Of a DNA stretch of 64,000 nucleotides, positions 19,731 through 29,312 are shown in pieces. The stretch is taken from the IMG/VR virus record IMGVR_UViG_3300007352_000013, positions 65,436 to 129,435 of that record; one strand, written 5' to 3'. Every line of letters starts with the position of its first letter. Within the stretch, counting starts at the first letter, position 1. The notes under the pieces are model-generated. The model saw nothing but the letters and a program-made list of their open reading frames with translations. It was not told where the DNA came from and ran no database searches. The translations under genes were made by a program, and so were the position numbers. Source of the DNA: a virus.

Positions 19731-20542
19731 TATCATTTAAAAATTTCGATTGGAAACAAACAAATAAAGAACTTGTATTATTAATCCCAAATTTTGGTCG
19801 TGGAAAATATGTAAGACAAACATTAAATAATCTTATAGAAACTTCTATTTCAAAAGACAGATGGGTAATTTTGCTTATTAATGATTCTATACATGAAGAT
19901 TTTAGCGATTTAGAAAATGAAAATATTTTATATTTTACTGTAGAAAGAAATAGTAAACATGAAAGGGGTGATGCTTTCATGAGAAATATTTGTATTAAAT
20001 ATTCACAATCAAAATTGCTGGCACAAAAAGACCCTGAAATTTTTTATACTAATGATTTTATAAAAGGATGTTTTAACAATCAGGGTGTATTGTATAGATG
20101 TGGTGGTATGGCACATTTAGCCAAAGAACAAGACACACATAATTATCTTGATAATAATATTGATGTTAATAAATTGATTAAAAATTCTGATAAATATCCA
20201 ATAACAGAAAGATTTGTTTATTGGCATTTCGGTCATTGCGCACCAATAGAATGTTTTAGAAAATTAAATGGATACGATGAAGATTTTAAATATTATGGAT
20301 ATGTAGATACGAATATGTGGGATAGACTAATGAAGTCCGGATTAAAACAACGTATTGATCCAACCTGTAACCCCATACACTTATGGCATCCAAAACCCCA
20401 TTTTAAAACTCACGAAAGAGACATAAAGAGATACGAAGCTATGGGTAAGCTTTATAATAACAAAATAAATCAAGATATAGTTGCTAATATTAATGTCGAA
20501 TGGGGCGAGGGCGATACCTTATATTTACCGGAGATAATATAA
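19727..20542 (+). CDS. GT-A (GT2/GT7-like) glycosyltransferase
   Basis: IPNFGRG, RNICIK, KDPE and GYDEDF..YGYVD motifs; paralog of 16999. Confidence 0.75.
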   Translation: MISFKNFDWKQTNKELVLLIPNFGRGKYVRQTLNNLIETSISKDRWVILLINDSIHEDFSDLENENILYFTVERNSKHERGDAFMRNICIKYSQSKLLAQKDPEIFYTNDFIKGCFNNQGVLYRCGGMAHLAKEQDTHNYLDNNIDVNKLIKNSDKYPITERFVYWHFGHCAPIECFRKLNGYDEDFKYYGYVDTNMWDRLMKSGLKQRIDPTCNPIHLWHPKPHFKTHERDIKRYEAMGKLYNNKINQDIVANINVEWGEGDTLYLPEII

Positions 20543-21276
20543 TGAATAATGTAATAATACTTGGAGCCGGTAGAAGCGGAACAAGTGCAATAGCCGGTTC
20601 TTTTCTTGGTGACTTTAATCGTGGAGGCACTTTGCATTTACCGAATGATGCAAATCCAAGGGGCTTTTTTGAATCAAACAATGTTAATAGAATAAACGAC
20701 GATTTACTCTGGATGTGTAAAGCAGTTAGAACAACAAGGGGTTTAAAACAAGGATGGTTGACGGCACTTGATAAAAGCCATTTACTTTGTGAAACAACAA
20801 AAAACATAGAAGATAGAATAGAAAATACGATAGAAAACAAACCCGTATTATTAAAAGATCCAAGATTTTCTTACACTCTTCCTGTATGGTTAAGATATTT
20901 ATCAAATTTGAAGATTGTGTGCGTATTCAGAAATCCTCAACAATTTCTATCAAGTTTATTATATCATTGTAAAACACAACAATATCTTAAAGAAATAGTT
21001 GTTGATCCAGAATTTTTCCAAGAAGTTTGGATTTCTATGTACAAATATATTTTAAAGTATTACATTAGATTAAATATTTTATTTATAAATTATTCAGAAA
21101 TATTATATGGAGATGGGCTTAAAAAGTTATCGGACTTTACCGGATACAAAACGAATTGCAATTTTCCAGAAAAAACTCTACAAAGATCGAACAATAATCA
21201 ACAAGTAGCGTATAATTTATTAGAAGTTTACGAAGAACTTTGTAATCTTGCTAATTGTCCAGAAGTTTTGAGATAA
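20542..21276 (+). CDS. PAPS-dependent sulfotransferase
   Basis: ILGAGRSGTS, NPRGFFE, LKDPR and VFRNP motifs. Confidence 0.75.
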   Translation: MNNVIILGAGRSGTSAIAGSFLGDFNRGGTLHLPNDANPRGFFESNNVNRINDDLLWMCKAVRTTRGLKQGWLTALDKSHLLCETTKNIEDRIENTIENKPVLLKDPRFSYTLPVWLRYLSNLKIVCVFRNPQQFLSSLLYHCKTQQYLKEIVVDPEFFQEVWISMYKYILKYYIRLNILFINYSEILYGDGLKKLSDFTGYKTNCNFPEKTLQRSNNNQQVAYNLLEVYEELCNLANCPEVLR

Positions 21277-21279
21277 AAT

Positions 21280-22356
21280 ATGTTTATAAAAACTATACCT
21301 CAATTCCAACCATTGAATAGACGTAAAGATGCTAAAGCTGTTTATAAAGCTATACGTAAAGGGAATTTAGGTCCGGGTGCCGTTTGTTTAAAATTAGAAG
21401 AACGGATTAAACAATTAACGGGGGCAAAACATTGCCTAACAACCACGAGCGGAACAACAGCCCTTATAATGGCCATAGAAGCCCTAGATTTGCCCAGGGG
21501 TTCAACGATCTTGTTTCCAAGCTATACTTTCCTTGCCGGAGCTAATGCGGCCCGTTTTATGGGTTATAAAGTAAAGCTTATAGATATACATCCAGACACG
21601 ATATGTATGAGCGCACTAGAATTAGAAGAAAAAATTAATAAAAATGTCAGTTGTGTAATATTTGTAAATCATAACGCCAGATCGCGTTATCATGGATTTG
21701 GCATAGATTACGCTAAATCAATATGTGAGAAACATAATATTCCAATAATAGAAGATTCGTGTCAGTCTATTGGGGTTAAAAATGCTGGTAGGACCGGAAA
21801 TATAGGGGTGTTCTCTTTCAGTGTTCCAAAACTTATTACGGGCGGACAAGGTGGAGCTATTATAACTGATGACGATAAACTTGCTAAGAGACTTTCTGAA
21901 ATAAGAGATCATGGTGACAATTGGCGAAAAAATCGTATTCATAAAAATATTGGTGTTAACTTTCGTTATAATGATATCCAAGCGAGTTACGTATTATCTC
22001 AATTGAATGATATTCAGGAATTATTAACTAAAAGGTGGATGCTATGCAATGAGTATAGTAAATACATAAATATAGAAAGTTTTGATTGTATAACATTTTC
22101 TAATGAAACCCCTTGGATGGTAATATATAAATCTAAGAATGCTGATAAAATAATAGAAGCATTAGCCGAAAAGAAAATACAAGCAGTTAAATATTACAGA
22201 CCAATTAATGAGAATAAACCATATAAAACAAGATTAAAATTTCCAGTGGCCGAACAGATGGCACACGAATTAGTATATTTGCCGTCAAGCTTAAATTTAT
22301 CAAAGAAACAAATAAGAAAAATATGTAATATTATTTTAAAAGTAGAAAGGAATTAA
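21280..22356 (+). CDS. DegT/DnrJ/EryC1/StrS PLP sugar aminotransferase (perosamine-synthase-like)
   Basis: TSGTTAL, PSYTF, EDSCQS and FSFSVPKLITGGQGG (PLP Lys) motifs. Confidence 0.88.
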   Translation: MFIKTIPQFQPLNRRKDAKAVYKAIRKGNLGPGAVCLKLEERIKQLTGAKHCLTTTSGTTALIMAIEALDLPRGSTILFPSYTFLAGANAARFMGYKVKLIDIHPDTICMSALELEEKINKNVSCVIFVNHNARSRYHGFGIDYAKSICEKHNIPIIEDSCQSIGVKNAGRTGNIGVFSFSVPKLITGGQGGAIITDDDKLAKRLSEIRDHGDNWRKNRIHKNIGVNFRYNDIQASYVLSQLNDIQELLTKRWMLCNEYSKYINIESFDCITFSNETPWMVIYKSKNADKIIEALAEKKIQAVKYYRPINENKPYKTRLKFPVAEQMAHELVYLPSSLNLSKKQIRKICNIILKVERN

Positions 22357-22358
22357 TA

Positions 22359-22583
22359 ATGAATGTTTTGGCGATAGTTGTTTTTTGGATATTATCTTTT
22401 TGTTCACCAATTTTGATTGCACACCCATGTTATTGTCCAGATAGTGATCTACAAGCATCTTTCCCCTGTGATTGTAGTAGAGTCAGAGATGAAATGAATG
22501 AGTGTGGTGAATGTTTTATGGATATAGGTATATGTGGCGATGTTACAGATGAAGAATGCGGTTGGTATTTATTAGCCTATTAA
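22359..22583 (+). CDS. Small secreted Cys-rich peptide
   Basis: Hydrophobic signal-like N-terminus; 9 Cys in 74 aa, acidic. Confidence 0.5.
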   Translation: MNVLAIVVFWILSFCSPILIAHPCYCPDSDLQASFPCDCSRVRDEMNECGECFMDIGICGDVTDEECGWYLLAY

Positions 22584-22596
22584 TAAGAGGAAGATT

Positions 22597-23583
22597 ATGG
22601 GTAAGAAAAGGGCATTAATATTCGGTATAACTGGTCAAGACGGTTCTTATTTAGCTGAACATTTGCTTGAATTGAATTATGACATATTTGGAACAGTGAG
22701 GCGGAATTCTGTTCCGGAAAGCCAAGGTACTAGAATAGACCATCTTTCTGGTTTAATAACAACATCATATGCAGATTTAAGCGACAATTCATCTATAGAA
22801 AGAATTATTAAAGATTGTCATCCAGATGAAATATATAATTTAGCAGCACAATCACATGTAAGAATAGGTGCCGATATTCCATTATATACAGTACAGACCA
22901 ACGCTCTTGGAGTGGCTAACATTTTAGAAGCTTATAGAAAATTCGCACCAAATGCCAAGTTCTATCAGGCATCTTCTAGTGAAATGTTCGGTAACAATGT
23001 TGATAAAGATGGATTCCAAAGAGAAACAACGCCTATGGAACCAGTTTCAGTTTATGGATGCACCAAATTATTCGCATTCAATCTCGTTAAATATTATCGT
23101 CGAGCATTTAATCTATTCGCTTGCAATGGCATTCTGTTCAATCACGAATCGCCACGTAGAGGAAGTAATTTTGTTACATCTAAAGTAGTTAAAACGGCAG
23201 TAGAAATTTCATTGGGTATTAGTGATAAATTAATTCTTGGAAATCTTGATAGCTATAGGGATTGGGGTCATAGCTATGATTACGTCAGAGCTATGAAATT
23301 GATTCTTGATGAAAATGGACCAAATGATTTTGTTGTTGCAACAGGAGAAACGCATTCTGTTAGAGAAATGTGCGAATATGTTTTTAATAGATTAGATTTA
23401 GATTATAGAGATTATATTGAAATAAATCCGGCATTTTATAGACCAGAAGAATTAAAATATTTAAAGGGTGATAGCACAAGAGCCAGAAATATTCTTGGAT
23501 GGAAACCAAAATTTACTTTCCAAACTATGTTGGATGATATGATCTATCATTGGCAAAAAGAATTAGTTACCAAAAGGAATTAA
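22597..23583 (+). CDS. gmd: GDP-mannose 4,6-dehydratase
   Basis: GITGQDGSYLAE, NLAAQSHV, YQASSSEMFG, YGCTK, NHESPRRG and RDWGH motifs. Confidence 0.95.
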   Translation: MGKKRALIFGITGQDGSYLAEHLLELNYDIFGTVRRNSVPESQGTRIDHLSGLITTSYADLSDNSSIERIIKDCHPDEIYNLAAQSHVRIGADIPLYTVQTNALGVANILEAYRKFAPNAKFYQASSSEMFGNNVDKDGFQRETTPMEPVSVYGCTKLFAFNLVKYYRRAFNLFACNGILFNHESPRRGSNFVTSKVVKTAVEISLGISDKLILGNLDSYRDWGHSYDYVRAMKLILDENGPNDFVVATGETHSVREMCEYVFNRLDLDYRDYIEINPAFYRPEELKYLKGDSTRARNILGWKPKFTFQTMLDDMIYHWQKELVTKRN

Positions 23584-23584
23584 T

Positions 23585-23875
23585 ATGTCTAAAATTAGAG
23601 TATATGATCGTGAAATAAATAATATAGTTAATTACCTTAATAAGCTTTTAGAATTAGATCGTGCAGCTATTAATAAATTATTTTTAGATAATTATGTTGT
23701 AGTTAATAAAAATATAATGAATCATAAATATGCCCAAGTAAGAATGGATGGTAAATTTGGAATCCTCGGTTTAATAAATGGAATTATTATTCCGCACAAT
23801 AGAGTTATTTATATGGATTTGGACGAAAAAGAAAATATAATAAAATTTAGATCGAGTAAATACAAAAATGATTAA
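23585..23875 (+). CDS. Hypothetical protein
   Basis: Packed ORF; GILGLING motif. Confidence 0.55.
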   Translation: MSKIRVYDREINNIVNYLNKLLELDRAAINKLFLDNYVVVNKNIMNHKYAQVRMDGKFGILGLINGIIIPHNRVIYMDLDEKENIIKFRSSKYKND

Positions 23876-23901
23876 TAGAATTATCACAAAAGGAAAATAT
23901 A

Positions 23902-24276
23902 ATGGCTGGGAAAGGCGATAGATATAGACCAGTTAATAAAGAAGTTTATGATAAAAATTTTGAATGTGTATTTGGTATTAAAAAATTAAATATTATGTCC
24001 AATGAAGATCGTGAAGAATTAATTTATGACAGAGATGGAAAAATTGGTAGAAATATATCTTCGGACGGATATGACAGTAGAAACATTCATGAAGCGAGCC
24101 AAATTGCTTCGGGCAAAAAGAGACGCCGTAAAGCAAAAACATTCTGGATCGGCCCCGGCTACAGAGGCGAATATAGTTGTCCACACGGAGTAGGACACGG
24201 AAATCATATTCATGGATGCTGTCAAGAACGATGTTGCACAAGAGAAGACTTTCCATTGAGGAATAAAAATGGCTAG
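23902..24276 (+). CDS. Hypothetical protein (GKGDRYRP N-terminus, CPHGVGH C-terminus)
   Basis: ORF with AGGA SD; His/Cys-rich end. Confidence 0.5.
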   Translation: MAGKGDRYRPVNKEVYDKNFECVFGIKKLNIMSNEDREELIYDRDGKIGRNISSDGYDSRNIHEASQIASGKKRRRKAKTFWIGPGYRGEYSCPHGVGHGNHIHGCCQERCCTREDFPLRNKNG

Positions 24277-24682
24277 ATATATTTATTCTAAGGTTGATCC
24301 AACTAAACTTTTACATATTATACATGACATAACAGAAACAAAAGAACAAAGAGAAGATCTTGTTCCACCCAATAATTTTCTTCAAATAGCAACTATACCA
24401 TTAAAAGCAAATCAAACATTTAAGGCTCACAAACATATATGGAATAACTTTAATGGTCCCAAAATCGCGCAAGAATCGTGGATAGTTATTCGCGGAAGAG
24501 TTGAAGCTACTTTATACGACATAGATAATACTATATTGGAAAAAGTTATACTACACGAGGGTCATTTATCTATTACATTAGAAGGCGGTCATAATTATAT
24601 GGCTTCACCTGAAGGTGCATTTGTTTATGAAGTAAAAACAGGGCCGTATCAAGGAATAGAGTTGGATAAGGAATTTATTTAA
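24269..24682 (+). CDS. WbuC-like cupin-fold metalloprotein
   Basis: HKH, QESW, GGHNY and EVKTGPY motifs. Confidence 0.7.
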   Translation: MARYIYSKVDPTKLLHIIHDITETKEQREDLVPPNNFLQIATIPLKANQTFKAHKHIWNNFNGPKIAQESWIVIRGRVEATLYDIDNTILEKVILHEGHLSITLEGGHNYMASPEGAFVYEVKTGPYQGIELDKEFI

Positions 24683-25062
24683 TGAAAATTTATATAGCAA
24701 CTAAAAAACAAGATGCAGCCGTAGCATTAAGAAGAAAATTAAAAGAAATTTTTCAAGATAAAGTTAGTTTTGTTAGTTCATGGATAGATCAAGAAAGCTA
24801 TGGAAATACTCCTATATGCCAAAAAATGGCTATTGCCGAAAGATGTGAAAACGATGTTAAACAATGCGATTTATTAATAAACATAGCTGATGAAGTAAAT
24901 ACGCACGGAGGAAAGCACGTAGAACTAGGAATAGCTCTGGCTTTAGGGAAAAAAATAATGGTTTTGGGTAGAAAAGAGAATATCTTCCATCATCATAAAT
25001 CTGTTATATTTTTCGAAACAGATGATAAATTGATTGATAAAATGAAAGAAATGATTCACTAA
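24682..25062 (+). CDS. Nucleoside 2-deoxyribosyltransferase / dNMP N-glycosidase-like protein
   Basis: KIYIA, DVKQCD and GGKHVELGIALALGK motifs. Confidence 0.7.
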   Translation: MKIYIATKKQDAAVALRRKLKEIFQDKVSFVSSWIDQESYGNTPICQKMAIAERCENDVKQCDLLINIADEVNTHGGKHVELGIALALGKKIMVLGRKENIFHHHKSVIFFETDDKLIDKMKEMIH

Positions 25063-25091
25063 ATGGCTTAAGATATCTGCGAGAAAAAGAA

Positions 25092-25631
25092 ATGCTAAAA
25101 TTACATTTAGGCGCTGGAAAACGAGATTTTGGAGAAGGATGGTTCAATGTTGATATAGCCGATTTTCCTCATATTCATCACAAAGATATAACTAAACTTC
25201 CATTCGAAGACAATTCTGTCGATCTTATCTATTCTGCACATACCATAGAATACTTTGATAGACAAGAGATTATCCCAATTTTACAAGAATGGAAACGTAC
25301 TCTCAAACCAAATGGAATACTTCGTCTAGCTGTACCAGATTTTGAAACTATGTGTATGCTTTATTTTTCACAAATGTATCCAATAGAAAATTTCTTGGGT
25401 CCATTATACGGAAAAATGGATGTAGGTGATAAAAAAATATATCATAAAACATGTTATGATTTCAAAAGTTTATCGACATTATTAATGTCTATTGGAATGA
25501 AAAATATAAGAAGATATAAGTGGAGAAATACTGAACACGCACAATTTGACGATCATTCTCAAGCATATCTTCCGCATATGGATAAAGTAAATGGGGTGTG
25601 TTTAAGTCTAAATGTTGAATGTGAAAAATAA
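25092..25631 (+). CDS. Class I SAM methyltransferase (Methyltransf_11-like)
   Basis: LHLGAG, LPFEDNSVDLIYSAH and LKPNGILRLAVPD motifs. Confidence 0.8.
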   Translation: MLKLHLGAGKRDFGEGWFNVDIADFPHIHHKDITKLPFEDNSVDLIYSAHTIEYFDRQEIIPILQEWKRTLKPNGILRLAVPDFETMCMLYFSQMYPIENFLGPLYGKMDVGDKKIYHKTCYDFKSLSTLLMSIGMKNIRRYKWRNTEHAQFDDHSQAYLPHMDKVNGVCLSLNVECEK

Positions 25632-26260
25632 TGGAAATAATTCAGAGATTAAAAGACATAATAAAAAAGCCAAATCCACTAATTATAGAAATAGGATGCT
25701 GGAATGGTAGAGACACAGAATTATTTTTGAATATATTCCCTGAATGTAAGATATTTGGATTTGAACCAGACCCAAGGAACATAGAAAAAATAAAAAAAAG
25801 AATAAATAATCGAAGATTCGAATTAATAGAAGAAGCTATAAGTGATAAAGATGGGATTATAACTTTTTATGAAAGTCATGGAATAGCTAATGGGGAAAGT
25901 GATTGGAGCGCTTCTAGCTCTTTGAATAAACCCAAAAAACATTTAGATATAAATCCCCATATTACTTTTGGAAATGGAGTTAAAGTTTTTGGAAGAAAAT
26001 TAGATAATTTCATAGAAAAAAAACAAATAAAAAATATAGACTTAATTTGGGCCGACGTTAATGGTGCAGAATATAAGATGATAAATGGTGCTTTAGAAAC
26101 CATGAAAATAACAAAATTTCTATATACCGAATTCAGCGAAAAGGAAATATACGAAGAAAGCATCACTAAAGAAAAAATTAAAAGCATGTTACCTAATTTC
26201 AAAGAAATATTTACCCACAAAAATAACGTATTATTGGAGAATAAATTATTATCTACATAA
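25631..26260 (+). CDS. FkbM-family methyltransferase
   Basis: EIGCWNG, FEPDPRN and DLIWADVNGAE motifs. Confidence 0.85.
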   Translation: MEIIQRLKDIIKKPNPLIIEIGCWNGRDTELFLNIFPECKIFGFEPDPRNIEKIKKRINNRRFELIEEAISDKDGIITFYESHGIANGESDWSASSSLNKPKKHLDINPHITFGNGVKVFGRKLDNFIEKKQIKNIDLIWADVNGAEYKMINGALETMKITKFLYTEFSEKEIYEESITKEKIKSMLPNFKEIFTHKNNVLLENKLLST

Positions 26261-27195
26261 CAACACAACATGAACGGGGTGTCAAAAATCGTTACAATAG
26301 TGATGGCGCTATTGGTCATCATTTCTTAAATTGGTTAAAGGGTCCGGTTTTGGCGCAAAGATATGGTTTAAGATATGTATATAATAATATAGTTCCAGAT
26401 TATATGGGTACGCAATGGAACGAATTCTTGGGTTTAGATAAAAGAGTTCCTTCCAAACTTAATGAATTAGGAGTTCCGGTTTACTCCATTAGTGACATAA
26501 AAAATTGTCAAATAGTAGATATCCCACAAATAGAATGGAACGCATCATATACCCATCCAATAATTATTGAATATATTAATAAATACAAATATGCATCAAT
26601 AAATGAAGATGAAAATATTTTATTAAGAACATCACCCGGACGTGGATTTTATATAGATTGGCAATATTGGCTTAATAATGATTTAAGAGAAAAATATGAT
26701 TTTGCTAGACAAGAAAATCCTGTTGAGCTACATAATGCTGATGATTTTTATATGGTTTGTATTCATTGGAGAAGGGGAGATATAAATAATAAAGATCAGC
26801 CGGAAAGATGGATCACTAATGAACGATATTATAAATTAATAAATAATATTAAAAATACATTAGATAATTTATATATAAGATATAAGATACAAATAATTTC
26901 AGAAGGTGAACAAAAAGATTTTGGATGCGTAAATGATATAGACAATATAGAATTCGTATTAAATGAAAACCCGATAATATCATTCCATAGAATGATTATA
27001 TCCGATATTCTTATTAATGCAAAATCTGCATTTTCTGTTTGTGCAGCATATTTTCATAAGGGTCCAAAGCTTTGTATTCCATTTAGTATATATTGGCAGC
27101 AAACTCATCCAGATAATGATAACTTTAAAGATCTTATATGGATAAATGAGAGTATGGATTTTCATATTAAAACATTGGATATATTGTTAGGATGA
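26248..27195 (+). CDS. GT11 (alpha-1,2-fucosyltransferase)-like glycosyltransferase, non-ATG start
   Basis: IHWRRGD motif and SAFS. The frame stays open upstream of the track start 26350 and carries GAIGHHFLNW, matching GIGHQFLNW of the paralog. Probable start at ATT 26248. Confidence 0.7.
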   Translation: MIYITTQHERGVKNRYNSDGAIGHHFLNWLKGPVLAQRYGLRYVYNNIVPDYMGTQWNEFLGLDKRVPSKLNELGVPVYSISDIKNCQIVDIPQIEWNASYTHPIIIEYINKYKYASINEDENILLRTSPGRGFYIDWQYWLNNDLREKYDFARQENPVELHNADDFYMVCIHWRRGDINNKDQPERWITNERYYKLINNIKNTLDNLYIRYKIQIISEGEQKDFGCVNDIDNIEFVLNENPIISFHRMIISDILINAKSAFSVCAAYFHKGPKLCIPFSIYWQQTHPDNDNFKDLIWINESMDFHIKTLDILLG

Positions 27196-27773
27196 AAATA
27201 TTAGTGGGCTGTGAATTTTCTGGAGTCGTTCGTAGTGCTTTTGCAGCAAAGGGTCACGATGCTTGGTCTTGTGATTTGCTAGATACAGAAGTTAATGGTA
27301 ATCATATAAGGGGTGATCTTTTAAAGATACTAGATAACGGTTGGGATTTGGCTATATTCCATCCACCATGCACATATTTGTGTAGTAGTGGTTTGCATTG
27401 GAACAAAAGAAAACCAGAAAGACAAAAATTAACAGAAGAAGCTTTAGAATTTGTTAGAAAATTATTGAATGCGCCTATAGAAAAAATAGCGTTAGAAAAC
27501 CCAATAGGTTGTATTTCGACAAGAATAAGAAAGCCGGATCAAATTATACAACCGTTTCAATTCGGCCATTCGGAGAGTAAATCAACTTGTTTATGGTTAA
27601 AAAATCTACCATTATTAAAACCCACTAAAATATTGGATACACCAGAATGTGGATATTGGAACAACCAAACTCCTTCTAGACAAAATAAGTTAGGACCATC
27701 TGATAATAGGTGGAAATTAAGATCAATAACCTATCAGGGTTTTGCCGACGCTATGGCGAATCAATGGGGATAA
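27192..27773 (+). CDS. Short phage-type DNA cytosine-C5 methyltransferase
   Basis: LVGCEFSG motif I, HPPCTYL catalytic PC, ENPIG and K.TCLWL motifs. Confidence 0.8.
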   Translation: MKILVGCEFSGVVRSAFAAKGHDAWSCDLLDTEVNGNHIRGDLLKILDNGWDLAIFHPPCTYLCSSGLHWNKRKPERQKLTEEALEFVRKLLNAPIEKIALENPIGCISTRIRKPDQIIQPFQFGHSESKSTCLWLKNLPLLKPTKILDTPECGYWNNQTPSRQNKLGPSDNRWKLRSITYQGFADAMANQWG

Positions 27774-27774
27774 A

Positions 27775-28743
27775 ATGAATAGATATATAACTGTTAAACC
27801 ACATGGTGGATTTGCGGGAATTGGTCATCAATTTCTGAATTGGTTAGTTCCTTACGTGCTTGCGCAAAGATATGGTCTTAAATTCGTTCATCAAAATTTC
27901 GTTGGAGAAACAGACGGTACTTTTGCTCCAAGGGGTTCTAACGCTAATCAAATAACTAGACCAGTAAAAGAATGGAATAATTTTCTAAATTTAGGAGAAG
28001 GTGAAATAACATTACAAGATTTAAATATACATAGCTTAACAGAAATAAATCTACCGTATATAGATCAAGAAAAAGCAACTTGGAATAATATAGAATTTTC
28101 GTCTTTATTAGAAAATGATCTTCGTACAATTGGCAAATTTTGTGGAACATTGTATAGAGTATCGGAAGATATAGATGGACAATTTGTACACATAGATTGG
28201 GATTTTTATAAAAGTAATAATCTAAAGAAAAAATATAATAACTCACAACAGGTAAAGAATTTCAAATGTTATTTTGATGAAGGATGTACAAATGTAGCCA
28301 TACATATCAGAAGAGGTGACGTTACAGAGAATACACCGTACAGAAGATGGCAAAATCTAGGTTATTATCTTGGAATAATAGATAATTTATCAAATATAAA
28401 AGAACTAAAGAATGTAGTTTTTCATATCTATTCTTGGGATATGTCTAAGGAAGAAAGAGATGTATTGTTTTTGCATAGTATTTTCGGGAAAAGAGAGATA
28501 GAATTACATATAGACGAAGATGTTTTTTCAACATTCTACCATATGACAAAAGCAGATATATTTGTGTCTGGCCAAGGTGCATTTTCTTTAATGGCTAATT
28601 ACTTGACCGATGCAGTGAAATTAACAACACCATTTTATATGCATTGGAAAGATTTTCCAGAAGATATTCATGATATAATAGAAGTTAGACCAGATAGTTC
28701 TTTTAATCAAAAAAAACTTTTAAAAGCATTGGGAAATAAATGA
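27775..28743 (+). CDS. GT11-like glycosyltransferase
   Basis: AGIGHQF, AIHIRRGD and GAFS motifs; paralog of 26248. Confidence 0.75.
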   Translation: MNRYITVKPHGGFAGIGHQFLNWLVPYVLAQRYGLKFVHQNFVGETDGTFAPRGSNANQITRPVKEWNNFLNLGEGEITLQDLNIHSLTEINLPYIDQEKATWNNIEFSSLLENDLRTIGKFCGTLYRVSEDIDGQFVHIDWDFYKSNNLKKKYNNSQQVKNFKCYFDEGCTNVAIHIRRGDVTENTPYRRWQNLGYYLGIIDNLSNIKELKNVVFHIYSWDMSKEERDVLFLHSIFGKREIELHIDEDVFSTFYHMTKADIFVSGQGAFSLMANYLTDAVKLTTPFYMHWKDFPEDIHDIIEVRPDSSFNQKKLLKALGNK

Positions 28744-29312
28744 AAAAATTAGACTGGAGAGAGGTTGAGGGTTGGTTTTCTGAAGCTGACGCCGCTTTCG
28801 TATCAGATATATTGAAAGATACTCGCAACGGAACCGTAGTAGAAATAGGATTATTTTATGGTCGAGCTAGTGCTGTTATGATGCCACTGGCCCTTGATAA
28901 TGGAAATCAGTATTATGCAATCGATAATTTTTATGGTGGTGTAGACGAAACAACACCAGCTTCAAAAATTCAAAGATCAGACGGCGCTAAAGTTATGGCA
29001 AAATTTATATCTAATATGAAGGCTTTAGGAATAAATCGTTCCGATTACGCTTTATATAAATCCAATAGTATTGAAGCTTCAGTTTATTTACCCGACGAAT
29101 CTGTAGATTTTTGTTTTATAGATTCGGATCATGCTTATGAATCGGTGAAACTAGATTTAGAAACTTGGTGGAAAAAAATCAAAATTAATGGTATATTAGG
29201 GGGCCATGATTACAACAATCCGGATGTTAGAAGAGCTTTGGACGAATTCGTTAAAGACAAAAATGTGACCGTACAAACCGGGGGAAATTGTTGGAATCTT
29301 ATAAAAAAATAA
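28740..29312 (+). CDS. Class I SAM methyltransferase (Methyltransf_24-like, probable sugar O-methyltransferase)
   Basis: VEIGLFYGRAS, FIDSDHAYE and GILGGHDY motifs. Confidence 0.8.
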   Translation: MKKLDWREVEGWFSEADAAFVSDILKDTRNGTVVEIGLFYGRASAVMMPLALDNGNQYYAIDNFYGGVDETTPASKIQRSDGAKVMAKFISNMKALGINRSDYALYKSNSIEASVYLPDESVDFCFIDSDHAYESVKLDLETWWKKIKINGILGGHDYNNPDVRRALDEFVKDKNVTVQTGGNCWNLIKK

